Assembly: GCF_001642725.1 (NCBI RefSeq)
Contig: NZ_LSUQ01000010.1
Span: forward strand, 62,001-86,669
Length of the DNA: 24,669 bases
Origin: Ferroacidibacillus organovorans
GTDB lineage: Bacteria; Bacillota; Bacilli; Alicyclobacillales; SLC66
Direction: 5' to 3'
Shown: positions 8,989 to 17,763 of the stretch, piece by piece
How positions within the stretch are numbered: position 1 is the first letter of the stretch
How the letters are laid out: each line of letters starts with the position of its first letter
Made by a program: the position numbers and the translations under genes
Notes under the pieces: model-generated
Databases searched by the model: none
What the model was told of the DNA's origin: nothing
What the model saw: the letters and a program-made list of their open reading frames with translations, nothing else

Positions 8989-9453
8989 ATGGCAAGGCAA
9001 AAGGTGACGGATCTCGTTGAGCAGTTGATTACTCCTGTCCTCCGCGAGAACGGCCTGGAATTGGTTGAAACAGAGTACAAAAAAGAAGGCGCCAATTGGA
9101 TGTTGCGCGTCTTTATCGATCGTCCTCAGGGCGCCGTGGATCTTGATGACTGCGCGAAGGTGAGCGAGTCGCTTTCGATACTCCTTGATGAGTCGGACCC
9201 GATCCCGAATGCTTACTTCCTCGAAGTCTCCTCTGCAGGTGCGGAACGGCCTTTGCGAAAACCACGCGATTTTGAGCGCGCTGTCGGTAAACGTGTCTAC
9301 CTCAGTTTCTATGAACCATATCTAGGCCACAAAGAAGTAGAAGGCACCCTTCTTTCCTTTGCGGATGAAAAACTTGAGATTGAAACGGACGATCAACGCC
9401 TGCTTGTTTTACTCGATAAAGTTGCGAGTGCCAGGCAAACGATTGTTTGGTGA
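8989..9453 (+). CDS. rimP: Ribosome maturation factor RimP
   Basis: LRVFID, DDCAKVSESLS.LLD..DPIPNAYFLEVSSAGAERPL; ATG 8989 behind SD GGAGG (the ORF-track start 8854 runs through the leader). Confidence 0.95.
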   Translation: MARQKVTDLVEQLITPVLRENGLELVETEYKKEGANWMLRVFIDRPQGAVDLDDCAKVSESLSILLDESDPIPNAYFLEVSSAGAERPLRKPRDFERAVGKRVYLSFYEPYLGHKEVEGTLLSFADEKLEIETDDQRLLVLLDKVASARQTIVW

Positions 9454-9502
9454 GTTTGTTTTGTTTTTGTTGTGACGCGGTGTGAAGGGGGAATGGACGG
9501 CG

Positions 9503-10588
9503 ATGAATGCCGATTTTATGGAAGCGCTCGAGCAATTAGATAAAGAGCGAGGAATAAGCAGTGAGGTCGTCCTTGAAGCGATAGAGGCGGCACTCATTTC
9601 TGCGTATAAGCGCAATTTTAATTCTGCGCAGAATGTGCGCGTGGAGATTGATCGGGCAACGGGAAAGATTCGCGTATACGCGCGAAAAACTGTCGTTGAG
9701 TCACCGAATGATCATCGTTTAGAGATCGCGCAAGAGGCTGCGGAACAGATCGACACAAAGTATCAACTCGGAGATGTTGTTGAACTTGAAGTGACGCCGC
9801 GCGACTTTGGACGCATCGCCGCACAGACAGCGAAGCAGGTTGTTACTCAGCGCATTCGCGAGGCAGAGCGCGGAATTATCTACAACGCCTATGCGGATCT
9901 TGAAGAGGAAATCACATCGGGTGTCGTCACGCGCATCGACCATCGAAATTATTACATTGATCTTGAGCGAACAGAGGCACTCCTTCCTGCTAGTGAGGCA
10001 TTGCCGGGTGAAGTGTTGCGGATGGGCGATCGCATCAAGGCGCTGATCACGCGCGTTGAAAAGACGACCAAAGGTCCGCAGATCATGTTATCGCGCATCC
10101 ACACGGGCCTCTTGCGGCGGCTTTTTGAGCTGGAAGTTCCAGAAATTTACGATGGCGTGGTGGAGATCAAAAGTTTGGCGCGTGAGGCGGGGATGCGTTC
10201 AAAGGTCGCCGTGTATTCACGCAATCCTGACGTCGATCCGATCGGTGCATGCGTTGGCCCAAAAGGGATGAGGATTCAAACCATCGTAAGCGAACTTTGC
10301 GACGAGAAGATCGATGTGGTGGAGTGGAGCGTCGATCCTGGCATTTTTGTGGCAAGCGCATTATCCCCGGCAAAAGTGGTTGACGTCGAAATTGTCGAGG
10401 GCGAAAAGGTCGCGCGTGTTGTCGTGCCTGATCATCAACTCTCGCTGGCGATTGGAAAAGAGGGGCAAAATGCGCGGCTTGCCGCAAAGTTGACTGGCTA
10501 TAAAGTCGATATCAAAAGTGAGAGCCAGCTTGGGAGAAGCCAGTCTGTTTTTGCAAAACTCAACCTTGAGGCGTTTGCAGAAGACTAG
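9503..10588 (+). CDS. nusA: Transcription termination/antitermination factor NusA
   Basis: FGRIAAQTAKQV, S1 domain, KH motifs GACVGPKG and SLAIGKEGQNARLAAKLTGYKVDI; start ATG 9503 (MNADF). Confidence 0.97.
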   Translation: MNADFMEALEQLDKERGISSEVVLEAIEAALISAYKRNFNSAQNVRVEIDRATGKIRVYARKTVVESPNDHRLEIAQEAAEQIDTKYQLGDVVELEVTPRDFGRIAAQTAKQVVTQRIREAERGIIYNAYADLEEEITSGVVTRIDHRNYYIDLERTEALLPASEALPGEVLRMGDRIKALITRVEKTTKGPQIMLSRIHTGLLRRLFELEVPEIYDGVVEIKSLAREAGMRSKVAVYSRNPDVDPIGACVGPKGMRIQTIVSELCDEKIDVVEWSVDPGIFVASALSPAKVVDVEIVEGEKVARVVVPDHQLSLAIGKEGQNARLAAKLTGYKVDIKSESQLGRSQSVFAKLNLEAFAED

Positions 10589-10600
10589 GAGGTGTGGAAG

Positions 10601-10873
10601 GTGCCACGCAAAATTCCGCTTCGCCAGTGTGTGGGGTGTCAAGAAATGAAACCGAAGCGTGAAATGACGCGCGTGGTACTCACACAAGATGGCGAAATCA
10701 TGCTTGACCAAACGGGAAAAAAGGCGGGTCGTGGCGCGTATCTTTGCGCCAATCCAGAGTGTCTTGAAACGGTGAAAAAAAGGCGGGCGTTGGATCGCGG
10801 GCTGAAAACAAGCGTTCCCGGCGAAGTGTATGACACTTTGTCACGCCATCTGAGAGGTGATGACCGTGACTGA
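10601..10873 (+). CDS. ylxR: YlxR/RnpM family RNA-binding protein (DUF448)
   Basis: KIPLRQCVGC, GKKAGRGAYLC; GTG 10601 behind SD AGGAGGTG; conserved position after nusA. Confidence 0.93.
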   Translation: MPRKIPLRQCVGCQEMKPKREMTRVVLTQDGEIMLDQTGKKAGRGAYLCANPECLETVKKRRALDRGLKTSVPGEVYDTLSRHLRGDDRD

Positions 10874-11186
10874 TGTGTTTTCGCTTCTCGGTTTTGCTGC
10901 GCGTTCTCGTCAACTGGTGAGTGGAGAAGAGATGACACTTCGCGCGATAAGAACGCGTTCGGCAGGTCTCGTGATCCTGACGGAAGACGCGGGTAACAAC
11001 ATGGCAAAAAAGATCACAGACAAGTGTAAGTATTACCAAGTACCTCTCGTTGTTTGCTTTGATCGGAATCAACTGGGGAAAGCGATAGGCAAAGAGGCGC
11101 GAACCGCGATCGCAGTCACTTCTCCTGGATTCGTGAAAAGCATTCGTGAGGCGCTCGGTGAAATTCAGGGGGTGAGCGCATTTTGA
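10866..11186 (+). CDS. ylxQ: L7Ae/L30e family RNA-binding protein YlxQ
   Basis: [35 protein letters not shown] 10866 behind SD GAGGTG; between ylxR and infB. Confidence 0.92.
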   Translation: MTDVFSLLGFAARSRQLVSGEEMTLRAIRTRSAGLVILTEDAGNNMAKKITDKCKYYQVPLVVCFDRNQLGKAIGKEARTAIAVTSPGFVKSIREALGEIQGVSAF

Positions 11187-14100
11187 CAAAATTGCGCGTC
11201 TATGAATATGCTAAACAACTAAACATGTCGAGCAAGGAAATCATTACAATTCTTGGGCGCTTAAACATGCCGGTGAATAACCATATGAGCGTCATGGAGC
11301 CGGGGATGGTTTCTGCCGTTGAGAGTTTTTTTTCGGATGTGAAGGCGCGTGCGGCGACGAAAACGGCAGCTGAGCAGCAGCGGATTCAGGCGCAAGAGGC
11401 AGCGCGCAAGAGACAACTCGAACAAAGTAGTAGTGAGGGAGAGGCGAATATTACGGGGAATGGTTTGAACGAGAAAGATGGAAATGAACGCCTGGCAAAC
11501 GGGGCTGTTATCGCACCAATTCGCAAGGATGAAGAGCGTCAAGCGACGAATCTTGAACGATCGCGTACTCTCACGGTTGAGCATGACCAACCGCCTGTCG
11601 CAAAGGAAGCACACACAGAAGCATCAGTGATTCCGGCTGCGCGCGAAGATTCTGCCATTACAGGCGCACGCTCAACACAGCTTCAGACAGGGACGTCGCG
11701 TGTGGATCGTAATGCAGGCGGTTCGTCGAGTCAAGGACGCCCGCAAAGTCAAGGCGGTCGTGAGCGGTTTGGTGATCGCTCCTATGATGAGCGAACTGCA
11801 CGCGCAGGGAATACATCGCAGGATGGCGCTTCGGCGACCGCCGTTGAGCAATTGTCGAGTCAAAACAGTGGCCCGCGCTACCAAACCACAGATCGTCCTT
11901 ATGGCAACCGTCCACAGGGTGACCGCCCCCAAGGGGATCGCCCTTATGGCAACCGTCCGCAGGGTGACCGCCCCCAAGGGGATCGCCCGTATGGCAACCG
12001 TCCACAGGGTGACCGCCCCCAAGGGGATCGCCCGTATGGCAATCGTCCACAGGGTGACCGCCCCCAAGGGGATCGCCCTTATGGCAACCGTCCGCAGGGT
12101 GACCGCCCCCAAGGGGATCGCCCTTATGGCAATCGTCCACAGGGTGACCGCCCCCAAGGGGATCGCCCGTATGGCAACCGTCCGCAGGGCGACCGCCCGT
12201 ATGGCAATCGCCCTCAAGGAGAGAGAACAGGCGGTTATGCTGGTGGAGCGCCACGCTCTGGCGGTGGGGCACCACGCTCTGGCGGTGGGGCACCAGGTGG
12301 CAACCGTCCCTTTGGTGATCGCCCTGCGCGCACTTCTGACGCGGGACGCCCAGCAGGTTTCGGACCTGACCGCAAACCGGCAGGTCGAAACGACGCGCGC
12401 GGCGGGAGAGCGTTTGGTGGTGGCACTGCGGGTTCGCCGAATGGCGCAGATCGCGGCGGACAAAACAGCGCATCGCGCAACAAACGCGGTGGTGATCGCA
12501 CTCAAAACAGCCGGAACACATCGTCAGATCGCCGCGAGAATGCGCGGAAGATTCAACCGCCTCGCGGTCGTAAAGGACGCGCTGAGCAAGTGACGCGGAC
12601 GTTTGAAGGCCCGCGCACGATCAAAGTCGACGGACCGATGACGGTGAGTGAGTTTGCGCATATGCTTCGTCGCGAGGCGTCTGAAGTGATTAAAAAACTT
12701 CTGTTTCTGGGCGTGCTCGTCACGATCAATCAAGAGATAGACACCGATACGATGGTGCTTGTCGGAAATGAGTTTGGTACAGAGGTTCAAGTGGCGGCAC
12801 CGCGCGATATTGAAGCGGAAGAGATGCTCCACGAAGTGGTCGATCAAGAGACACTGGAGCATCGCGCGCCGATTGTTACGATCATGGGGCATGTCGACCA
12901 CGGGAAGACGACGCTTCTTGACTCGATTCGCGAGACGAATGTCACGGCGTCTGAGGCGGGTGGAATCACTCAGCACATCGGAGCATACCAAGTTGAAATC
13001 AATCACAAAAAAATCACCTTTCTCGACACGCCTGGTCACGAAGCGTTTACTACGATGCGCGCCCGCGGTGCGCAGGTCACCGATATCACGGTGCTCGTCG
13101 TCGCGGCAGATGACGGTGTCATGCCGCAGACGGTAGAGGCGATCAATCACGCGAAGGCAGCCAATGTACCGATCATTGTGGCGGTCAATAAGATGGATAA
13201 ACCGGGCGCCAATCCGGATCGCGTCAAACAGGAGTTGACAGAGCACGGACTCGTCGCAGAAGAGTGGGGTGGCGACACGATTTTCGTGCCCGTCTCAGCG
13301 CTTAAGCGCGAGGGGATCGACACGCTGCTTGAAATGATCCTCCTCGTCGCAGAAGTGGCTGATCTCAAGGCGAGTCTCTCCAGTCGCGCGCGGGGATCAG
13401 TCATTGAAGCACAACTTGACAAAGGGCGGGGCCCAGTGGCAACCATTCTCGTGCAGACAGGCACTCTGCGTGTGGGCGATGTGGTGGTCGCTGGGAATAC
13501 GTTTGGCAAAGTGCGGGCGATGGTCAACGATCGCGGGCGTCGCGTCAAAGAGGCCAATCCGTCAACACCTGTCGAAATTGTCGGATTGGGCGATGTGCCA
13601 AGCGCTGGCGATCCGTTTGTCGTCTATGACGATGAGCGTCAGGCGCGCCAAGTTGCAGAGCGCCGCGCAGGTCGTCAACGCGCGGAAGAACTCGGTGCAA
13701 CATCGCGCGTTACGCTTGATGACCTCTATAAGCAGATTCAAGAGGGCGAAGTAAAAGATCTCAACTTGATTCTGAAGGCAGACGTGCACGGATCGTCCGA
13801 AGCGGTACTCGGTGCGCTGCAGAAGATTGATGTGAGCGGTGTACGCATTCGTGTGCTTCACACGGGTGTCGGCGCTATCACAGAGTCTGATATTCTTCTC
13901 GCGTCGGCGTCAAACGCGATTGTCATCGGCTTTAATGTTCGTCCCGAGCCAAACGCGCAGCGCATGGGCGAATCTGAGAAAGTTGACGTTCGCTTATATC
14001 GCGTGATTTACAATCTGATCGAAGAGATTGAAGCGGCGCTTAAGGGCATGCTAGATCCTGTTTACAAGGAAGTTGTCCTCGGCCGCGCAGAGATCCGCCA

Positions 14101-14362
14101 AGTTTTCAAGGTCTCGAAGATCGGAAACATCGCAGGTGCGATGGTTCAAGAGGGCAAGCTTGTTCGAGACAGCCAGGCGCGCCTGATTCGCGGTGGCGTT
14201 GTCATTCACGATGGGCGTCTTGATTCGCTGAAGCGTTTTAAAGACGACGCTCGCGAAGTGGCGTTCGGGTATGAGTGCGGTCTCACGTTTGAACGGTTTA
14301 ACGATATCAAAGAAGGCGACATCGTTGAGGCGTACAAAATGGAAGTTGTGAAACAAGACTAA
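11183..14362 (+). CDS. infB: Translation initiation factor IF-2 with expanded low-complexity N-terminal linker
   Basis: N-terminal [10 protein letters not shown]-domain [32 protein letters not shown]-terminal LKRFKDD..EV..GYECG; TTG start overlaps the ylxQ stop. Confidence 0.98.
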   Translation: MTKLRVYEYAKQLNMSSKEIITILGRLNMPVNNHMSVMEPGMVSAVESFFSDVKARAATKTAAEQQRIQAQEAARKRQLEQSSSEGEANITGNGLNEKDGNERLANGAVIAPIRKDEERQATNLERSRTLTVEHDQPPVAKEAHTEASVIPAAREDSAITGARSTQLQTGTSRVDRNAGGSSSQGRPQSQGGRERFGDRSYDERTARAGNTSQDGASATAVEQLSSQNSGPRYQTTDRPYGNRPQGDRPQGDRPYGNRPQGDRPQGDRPYGNRPQGDRPQGDRPYGNRPQGDRPQGDRPYGNRPQGDRPQGDRPYGNRPQGDRPQGDRPYGNRPQGDRPYGNRPQGERTGGYAGGAPRSGGGAPRSGGGAPGGNRPFGDRPARTSDAGRPAGFGPDRKPAGRNDARGGRAFGGGTAGSPNGADRGGQNSASRNKRGGDRTQNSRNTSSDRRENARKIQPPRGRKGRAEQVTRTFEGPRTIKVDGPMTVSEFAHMLRREASEVIKKLLFLGVLVTINQEIDTDTMVLVGNEFGTEVQVAAPRDIEAEEMLHEVVDQETLEHRAPIVTIMGHVDHGKTTLLDSIRETNVTASEAGGITQHIGAYQVEINHKKITFLDTPGHEAFTTMRARGAQVTDITVLVVAADDGVMPQTVEAINHAKAANVPIIVAVNKMDKPGANPDRVKQELTEHGLVAEEWGGDTIFVPVSALKREGIDTLLEMILLVAEVADLKASLSSRARGSVIEAQLDKGRGPVATILVQTGTLRVGDVVVAGNTFGKVRAMVNDRGRRVKEANPSTPVEIVGLGDVPSAGDPFVVYDDERQARQVAERRAGRQRAEELGATSRVTLDDLYKQIQEGEVKDLNLILKADVHGSSEAVLGALQKIDVSGVRIRVLHTGVGAITESDILLASASNAIVIGFNVRPEPNAQRMGESEKVDVRLYRVIYNLIEEIEAALKGMLDPVYKEVVLGRAEIRQVFKVSKIGNIAGAMVQEGKLVRDSQARLIRGGVVIHDGRLDSLKRFKDDAREVAFGYECGLTFERFNDIKEGDIVEAYKMEVVKQD
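11891..12220 (+). repeat. Coding tandem repeat in infB: six 45-nt units ([15 protein letters not shown]) plus two 30-nt units ([10 protein letters not shown])
   Basis: Units start at 11891, 11936, 11981, 12026, 12071, 12116 (45 nt) and 12161, 12191 (30 nt); consensus GATCGCCCKTATGGCAAYCGTCCRCAGGGTGACCGCCCCCAAGGG. Confidence 0.98.
12251..12295 (+). repeat. Exact 21-nt tandem duplication in infB (PRSGGGA x2)
   Basis: CCACGCTCTGGCGGTGGGGCA at 12251-12271 and 12272-12292, followed by CCA. Confidence 0.95.
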
Positions 14363-14400
14363 AGCCTTGCGAATCGATGTTTTGTAAAGTAGGTGAGTTT

Positions 14401-14784
14401 GTGAAAATCCGCGTTGAACGAATTGCGATTCAAATCCAGCGTGAGATCAGTGAAGTGATCCGCGGTGAGATTAAAGATCCACGAATCGGATTTCTCACGG
14501 TGACAGGCGTTGAGTTGTCAAACGACATGGCACACGCAAAAGTTTACGTGAGCGTTATGGGTACGAAAGAGGAGCGCGAAACATCACTCGCAACGCTCGC
14601 GCGCGCCGCAGGATTTCTGCGCAGTGAGGTCGCGCGCCGCATCCGCTTGCGCACGGTTCCAGAGCTTCATTTTATCCTCGATGAATCGATTGACTATGGC
14701 GAGCGCATCGGCAATGTATTGCGCTCGATCGCGAAAGATTCACCGCCAGGAAGCGGGGAGACGGGTGTGAAGAGCGATGGATAG
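14401..14784 (+). CDS. rbfA: 30S ribosome-binding factor RbfA
   Basis: IKDPRIGFLTVTGVELSNDMAHAKVYVS, AAGFLRSE, LRTVPELHFILDES; GTG 14401 behind SD AGGTG. Confidence 0.96.
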   Translation: MKIRVERIAIQIQREISEVIRGEIKDPRIGFLTVTGVELSNDMAHAKVYVSVMGTKEERETSLATLARAAGFLRSEVARRIRLRTVPELHFILDESIDYGERIGNVLRSIAKDSPPGSGETGVKSDG

Positions 14785-15766
14785 AGACGATGATTTGAGG
14801 ATGTATGAGCAGATCACCGAGACGCGCGATTCACTTTTAATCGTTTGTCACATTAGTCCTGACGGTGATGCGATTGGCGCTGCGCTCGCGATGGCGCTTC
14901 TGTGTGATCAAGTGGGGCGACCGGTCATTCTTGCGAATGATGATCCGATTCCTAAACGTTACGCATTTTTGCCAGGGGCGGATCGGTTTGTGCGCACGGC
15001 CGATCTGGCAGATGAGTTTGATCAGATTCTCGCCGTCGACTGTGCAGATATCCGACGAATGGGTGAGGTGATTCACAGAAAATCGCAAACAGGCACCCTT
15101 TTAAACATTGATCACCATGAAACGAACTGCGGATTCGGCGATGCGAACCTCGTCGACCCGCACGCGTCAGCGACTTGTCTCGTCCTTTATCGCATGCTGC
15201 GCCGCGCGGATGCGCCCATCTCGCGCGACATGGCGCTGTGTCTCTATACCGGCATTGTGTTTGACACGGGCGGATTTCGCTATAACAATACAACACCCGA
15301 AATTCATCAGGTTGCGGCCGATCTGCTCTCGCGTGGATTTCAACCTTTCATGGTGGCGGATCGCGTCCTTGAGGCGCTCACTCGTGAACAAGTAGAACTT
15401 GTGCGGCTCGGACTCGCCACACTTGAAGTGGATGAAAACGGGAGAATCGCCTATGTATCGGTTACGCAGGAGATGATTGCAAAATCAGGCGCAGATGAGG
15501 GTGAGGCAGAAGTGCTTCTCCCGTATACGCGTTCGCTTTCGGGGATTGAAGTCGGGCTGCTCTTTCGTGAACGTGCAAACGGTGATGTAAAGGTGTCGCT
15601 TCGCTCACGTGATCTCGTGGATGTGGCTGCCATCGCGCTCGCTTTTGCTGGAGGGGGACACGTGCGCGCCGCGGGCTGCCAATTGCCGGGGCCTTTGCCT
15701 GATGCGATCGCACGCGTTTTGAAACTGGTGCGCGCCGCGGTTGCCGAGGCGGATGCGCGCGTATGA
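14777..15766 (+). CDS. nrnA: DHH/DHHA1 phosphoesterase, NrnA-like (oligoribonuclease/pAp phosphatase)
   Basis: HISPDGDAIG, AVDC, NIDHH, DTGGF, KVSLRS, GGGHVRAAG motifs; between rbfA and truB. Family is secure; nrnA orthology is inferred. Confidence 0.88.
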   Translation: MDRDDDLRMYEQITETRDSLLIVCHISPDGDAIGAALAMALLCDQVGRPVILANDDPIPKRYAFLPGADRFVRTADLADEFDQILAVDCADIRRMGEVIHRKSQTGTLLNIDHHETNCGFGDANLVDPHASATCLVLYRMLRRADAPISRDMALCLYTGIVFDTGGFRYNNTTPEIHQVAADLLSRGFQPFMVADRVLEALTREQVELVRLGLATLEVDENGRIAYVSVTQEMIAKSGADEGEAEVLLPYTRSLSGIEVGLLFRERANGDVKVSLRSRDLVDVAAIALAFAGGGHVRAAGCQLPGPLPDAIARVLKLVRAAVAEADARV

Positions 15767-16689
15767 TGCACGGCGTTTTTGTTTTGAACAAACCTTTGGG
15801 GATGACCTCGCAACAAGCGGTGACTCGCGTAAAGCGCATGCTTCAGGCGCGCAAAGCCGGGCACACTGGTACGCTTGATCCAAATGTAGCGGGCGTACTG
15901 CCTGTCCTGCTGGGTTCAGCAACGCGGCTGTCTGACTACGTCATGGAGAGTGAAAAAGCGTATCTCGCCACAGCGTGGCTTGGGTCATCTACAGATACAC
16001 AAGATCACACAGGGCGCGTACTCGCGGTTTCTGACGCGACGCATCTTGGCGATCATGAAATAAGAGATGCGCTATCCACGTTTCTCGGCGTGACAATGCA
16101 GATTCCCCCAATCTATTCGGCCATTCACGTGGCTGGACGCCGTGCGCATGAGTTGGCGCGCGCCGGGCAATCCGTTGTCCTTGAGGCGCGCGAAATGGTT
16201 GTCCACGAAATAACTCTCCAGCAGATTACGCGTCGCGCGGATTCGCTTCTTGTGAATTTTTCTGTGCGCTGTGGGAAAGGGACGTACGTGCGAACCCTTT
16301 GCCATGATCTCGGCGTAAAACTCGGTGTTCCCGCCCACATGTTTGAGCTTACGCGAACCAAAAGCGGCCCCTTTTCGCTTGCTGACGCACACAGTTTTGA
16401 TGAATTAGAGCGTGGTTTGGCTTCTCTTGTTCGCCCAACGGAGGACGCTGTGCCTGCTCTGCCAAAGCTTACTGTCGCAAAAGATGCGCTACATATGATT
16501 TTTCACGGTGCCCCGCTTTTTTTGACAGACGCCTTTGCCGCAGGTCAGGGTGTAGCCTTTCATGTGGATCGCATCATTGGTATCCGCGTCTGTGACGAGT
16601 TGGTTGCACTTTATCGCGTACGTGAATATGAAGGGGACATGTGGCGGCTTACAGCGCACAAGGTTCTCGTGCAGCAGGGGGTTGAGTGA
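15763..16689 (+). CDS. truB: tRNA pseudouridine(55) synthase
   Basis: NKPLGMTS, KAGHTGTLDP, QIPPIYSAI, CGKGTYVRTLCHDLG. Confidence 0.96.
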   Translation: MMHGVFVLNKPLGMTSQQAVTRVKRMLQARKAGHTGTLDPNVAGVLPVLLGSATRLSDYVMESEKAYLATAWLGSSTDTQDHTGRVLAVSDATHLGDHEIRDALSTFLGVTMQIPPIYSAIHVAGRRAHELARAGQSVVLEAREMVVHEITLQQITRRADSLLVNFSVRCGKGTYVRTLCHDLGVKLGVPAHMFELTRTKSGPFSLADAHSFDELERGLASLVRPTEDAVPALPKLTVAKDALHMIFHGAPLFLTDAFAAGQGVAFHVDRIIGIRVCDELVALYRVREYEGDMWRLTAHKVLVQQGVE

Positions 16690-16692
16690 GAT

Positions 16693-17649
16693 ATGGCATT
16701 TCTTCGCAACTATCGCTATCTCGATCGACCGCCCGCACCTGAGATCGGTGTTTCGCGCGCGATTGCGATTGGCAAGTTTGACGGATTGCACGTTGCACAC
16801 CAGACGATTCTCAAAAATGTGGTGCTTGTTGCGCGCGAGCGCGGGCTAACGCCGTGCATGTTTACTTTTACACCCCATCCGCGCTATGTGCTACAGGGGG
16901 ATGAGGAATACGCGAACCTTTTGACGCCGCCTGGTGAACGCGCGCGAATAGCGGCAACGCTTGGCATGAGAGAAACGTTTGTCGCGCATTTTGACGCTCG
17001 CTTTCGCAGTCAGACGGCCGATGCATTTTTTGATGACTACTTACTCGCGCTCGGCGTTTCTCACCTTGTCGTCGGATATGATTTTCGCATGGGGAAGAAT
17101 GGAGCAAATGGTGTTAGTGATCTTAAGCAGATCGCCGACAAGTATGGTGTGACAGTAGAAATTGTCGCGCCGATTGATCAAGACGGGCTGCGTGTCAGCA
17201 GCACACTGACGAGAAACGCGTTAGCGCAAGGACGACCTGAAGACGCGGCGCATCTCTTGGGACGCGCGTATCGCATTCGCGGAGAGGTTATCCACGGGGC
17301 AAAGCGCGGGCGCACCATTGGTTTTCCTACTGCAAACCTGACGCTCTGTGAACCGTTTGTCGTGCCGAAAATTGGGGTCTACGCTGTGTATGCAGAGGTC
17401 GATCAAAAACGCTATCGCGGCGTGATGAATCTTGGCGTTCGCCCGACCGTTTCTTCACAAGGTGAATTGTCGTTTGAAGTACACATTCTTGATGAAGCGC
17501 TCGATCTCTATGGGAAAACGATGGATGTACTCTTTGTCCACTATTTGCGTGAGGAGCGACGGTTCAATGCGCTTGATGCGCTCAAGGAACAGTTGCACGA
17601 GGACGTGCGCTGCGCGCGCGCTTTACTGGATGGTTTATCTCGTGTATAA
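16693..17649 (+). CDS. ribF: Bifunctional riboflavin kinase/FAD synthetase
   Basis: GKFDGLHVAHQ, TFTPHP, VGYDF, VSST, GRTIGFPTAN, NLGVRPT, EVHILD. Confidence 0.96.
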   Translation: MAFLRNYRYLDRPPAPEIGVSRAIAIGKFDGLHVAHQTILKNVVLVARERGLTPCMFTFTPHPRYVLQGDEEYANLLTPPGERARIAATLGMRETFVAHFDARFRSQTADAFFDDYLLALGVSHLVVGYDFRMGKNGANGVSDLKQIADKYGVTVEIVAPIDQDGLRVSSTLTRNALAQGRPEDAAHLLGRAYRIRGEVIHGAKRGRTIGFPTANLTLCEPFVVPKIGVYAVYAEVDQKRYRGVMNLGVRPTVSSQGELSFEVHILDEALDLYGKTMDVLFVHYLREERRFNALDALKEQLHEDVRCARALLDGLSRV

Positions 17650-17650
17650 T
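17622..17650 (+). promoter_or_regulatory. Candidate SigA promoter for rpsO-pnp inside the ribF 3' end
   Basis: -35 TTTACT (17622-17627), 17-nt spacer, -10 TATAAT (17645-17650); a second TG-C-CATAAT lies at 17662-17670. Confidence 0.55.
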
Positions 17651-17684
17651 TCACCCTGTTGTGCCATAATGGCATATAGGACAA

Positions 17685-17737
17685 CGCGTCTGTCGGCTCG
17701 GTGGTGCGCCTCTCCACCGCACACTTTGCCCGACGCG
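17685..17737 (+). promoter_or_regulatory. Structured rpsO leader, probable S15 autoregulatory element
   Basis: Nested helices CGCGTC (17685-90)/GACGCG (17732-37), GGC/GCC and CGGTGG (17699-704)/CCACCG (17714-19) just upstream of the rpsO SD; S15 feedback through 5' leaders is established in Firmicutes. Confidence 0.6.
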
Positions 17738-17763
17738 AGTATTTATTAAGAGGAGGATTTCCA

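Noticed and set aside
11891..12220. Regularly spaced palindromic 29-nt repeats resembling a CRISPR array
   Set aside because: The 16-nt intervals are near-identical rather than unique spacers, the array is in frame inside infB with only synonymous variation, and no cas genes are present.
11658..12593. Long alternative-frame and antisense ORFs over the infB repeat (287, 277 and 297 aa)
   Set aside because: Expected by-product of a GC-rich stop-free unit whose length is a multiple of three; no convincing SD or recognisable domain.
16789..16800. RibF HVAH instead of HxGH (also Dxr GCTGSIG instead of GSTGSIG)
   Set aside because: Single conservative substitutions with all other catalytic motifs intact; not enough to infer altered function.
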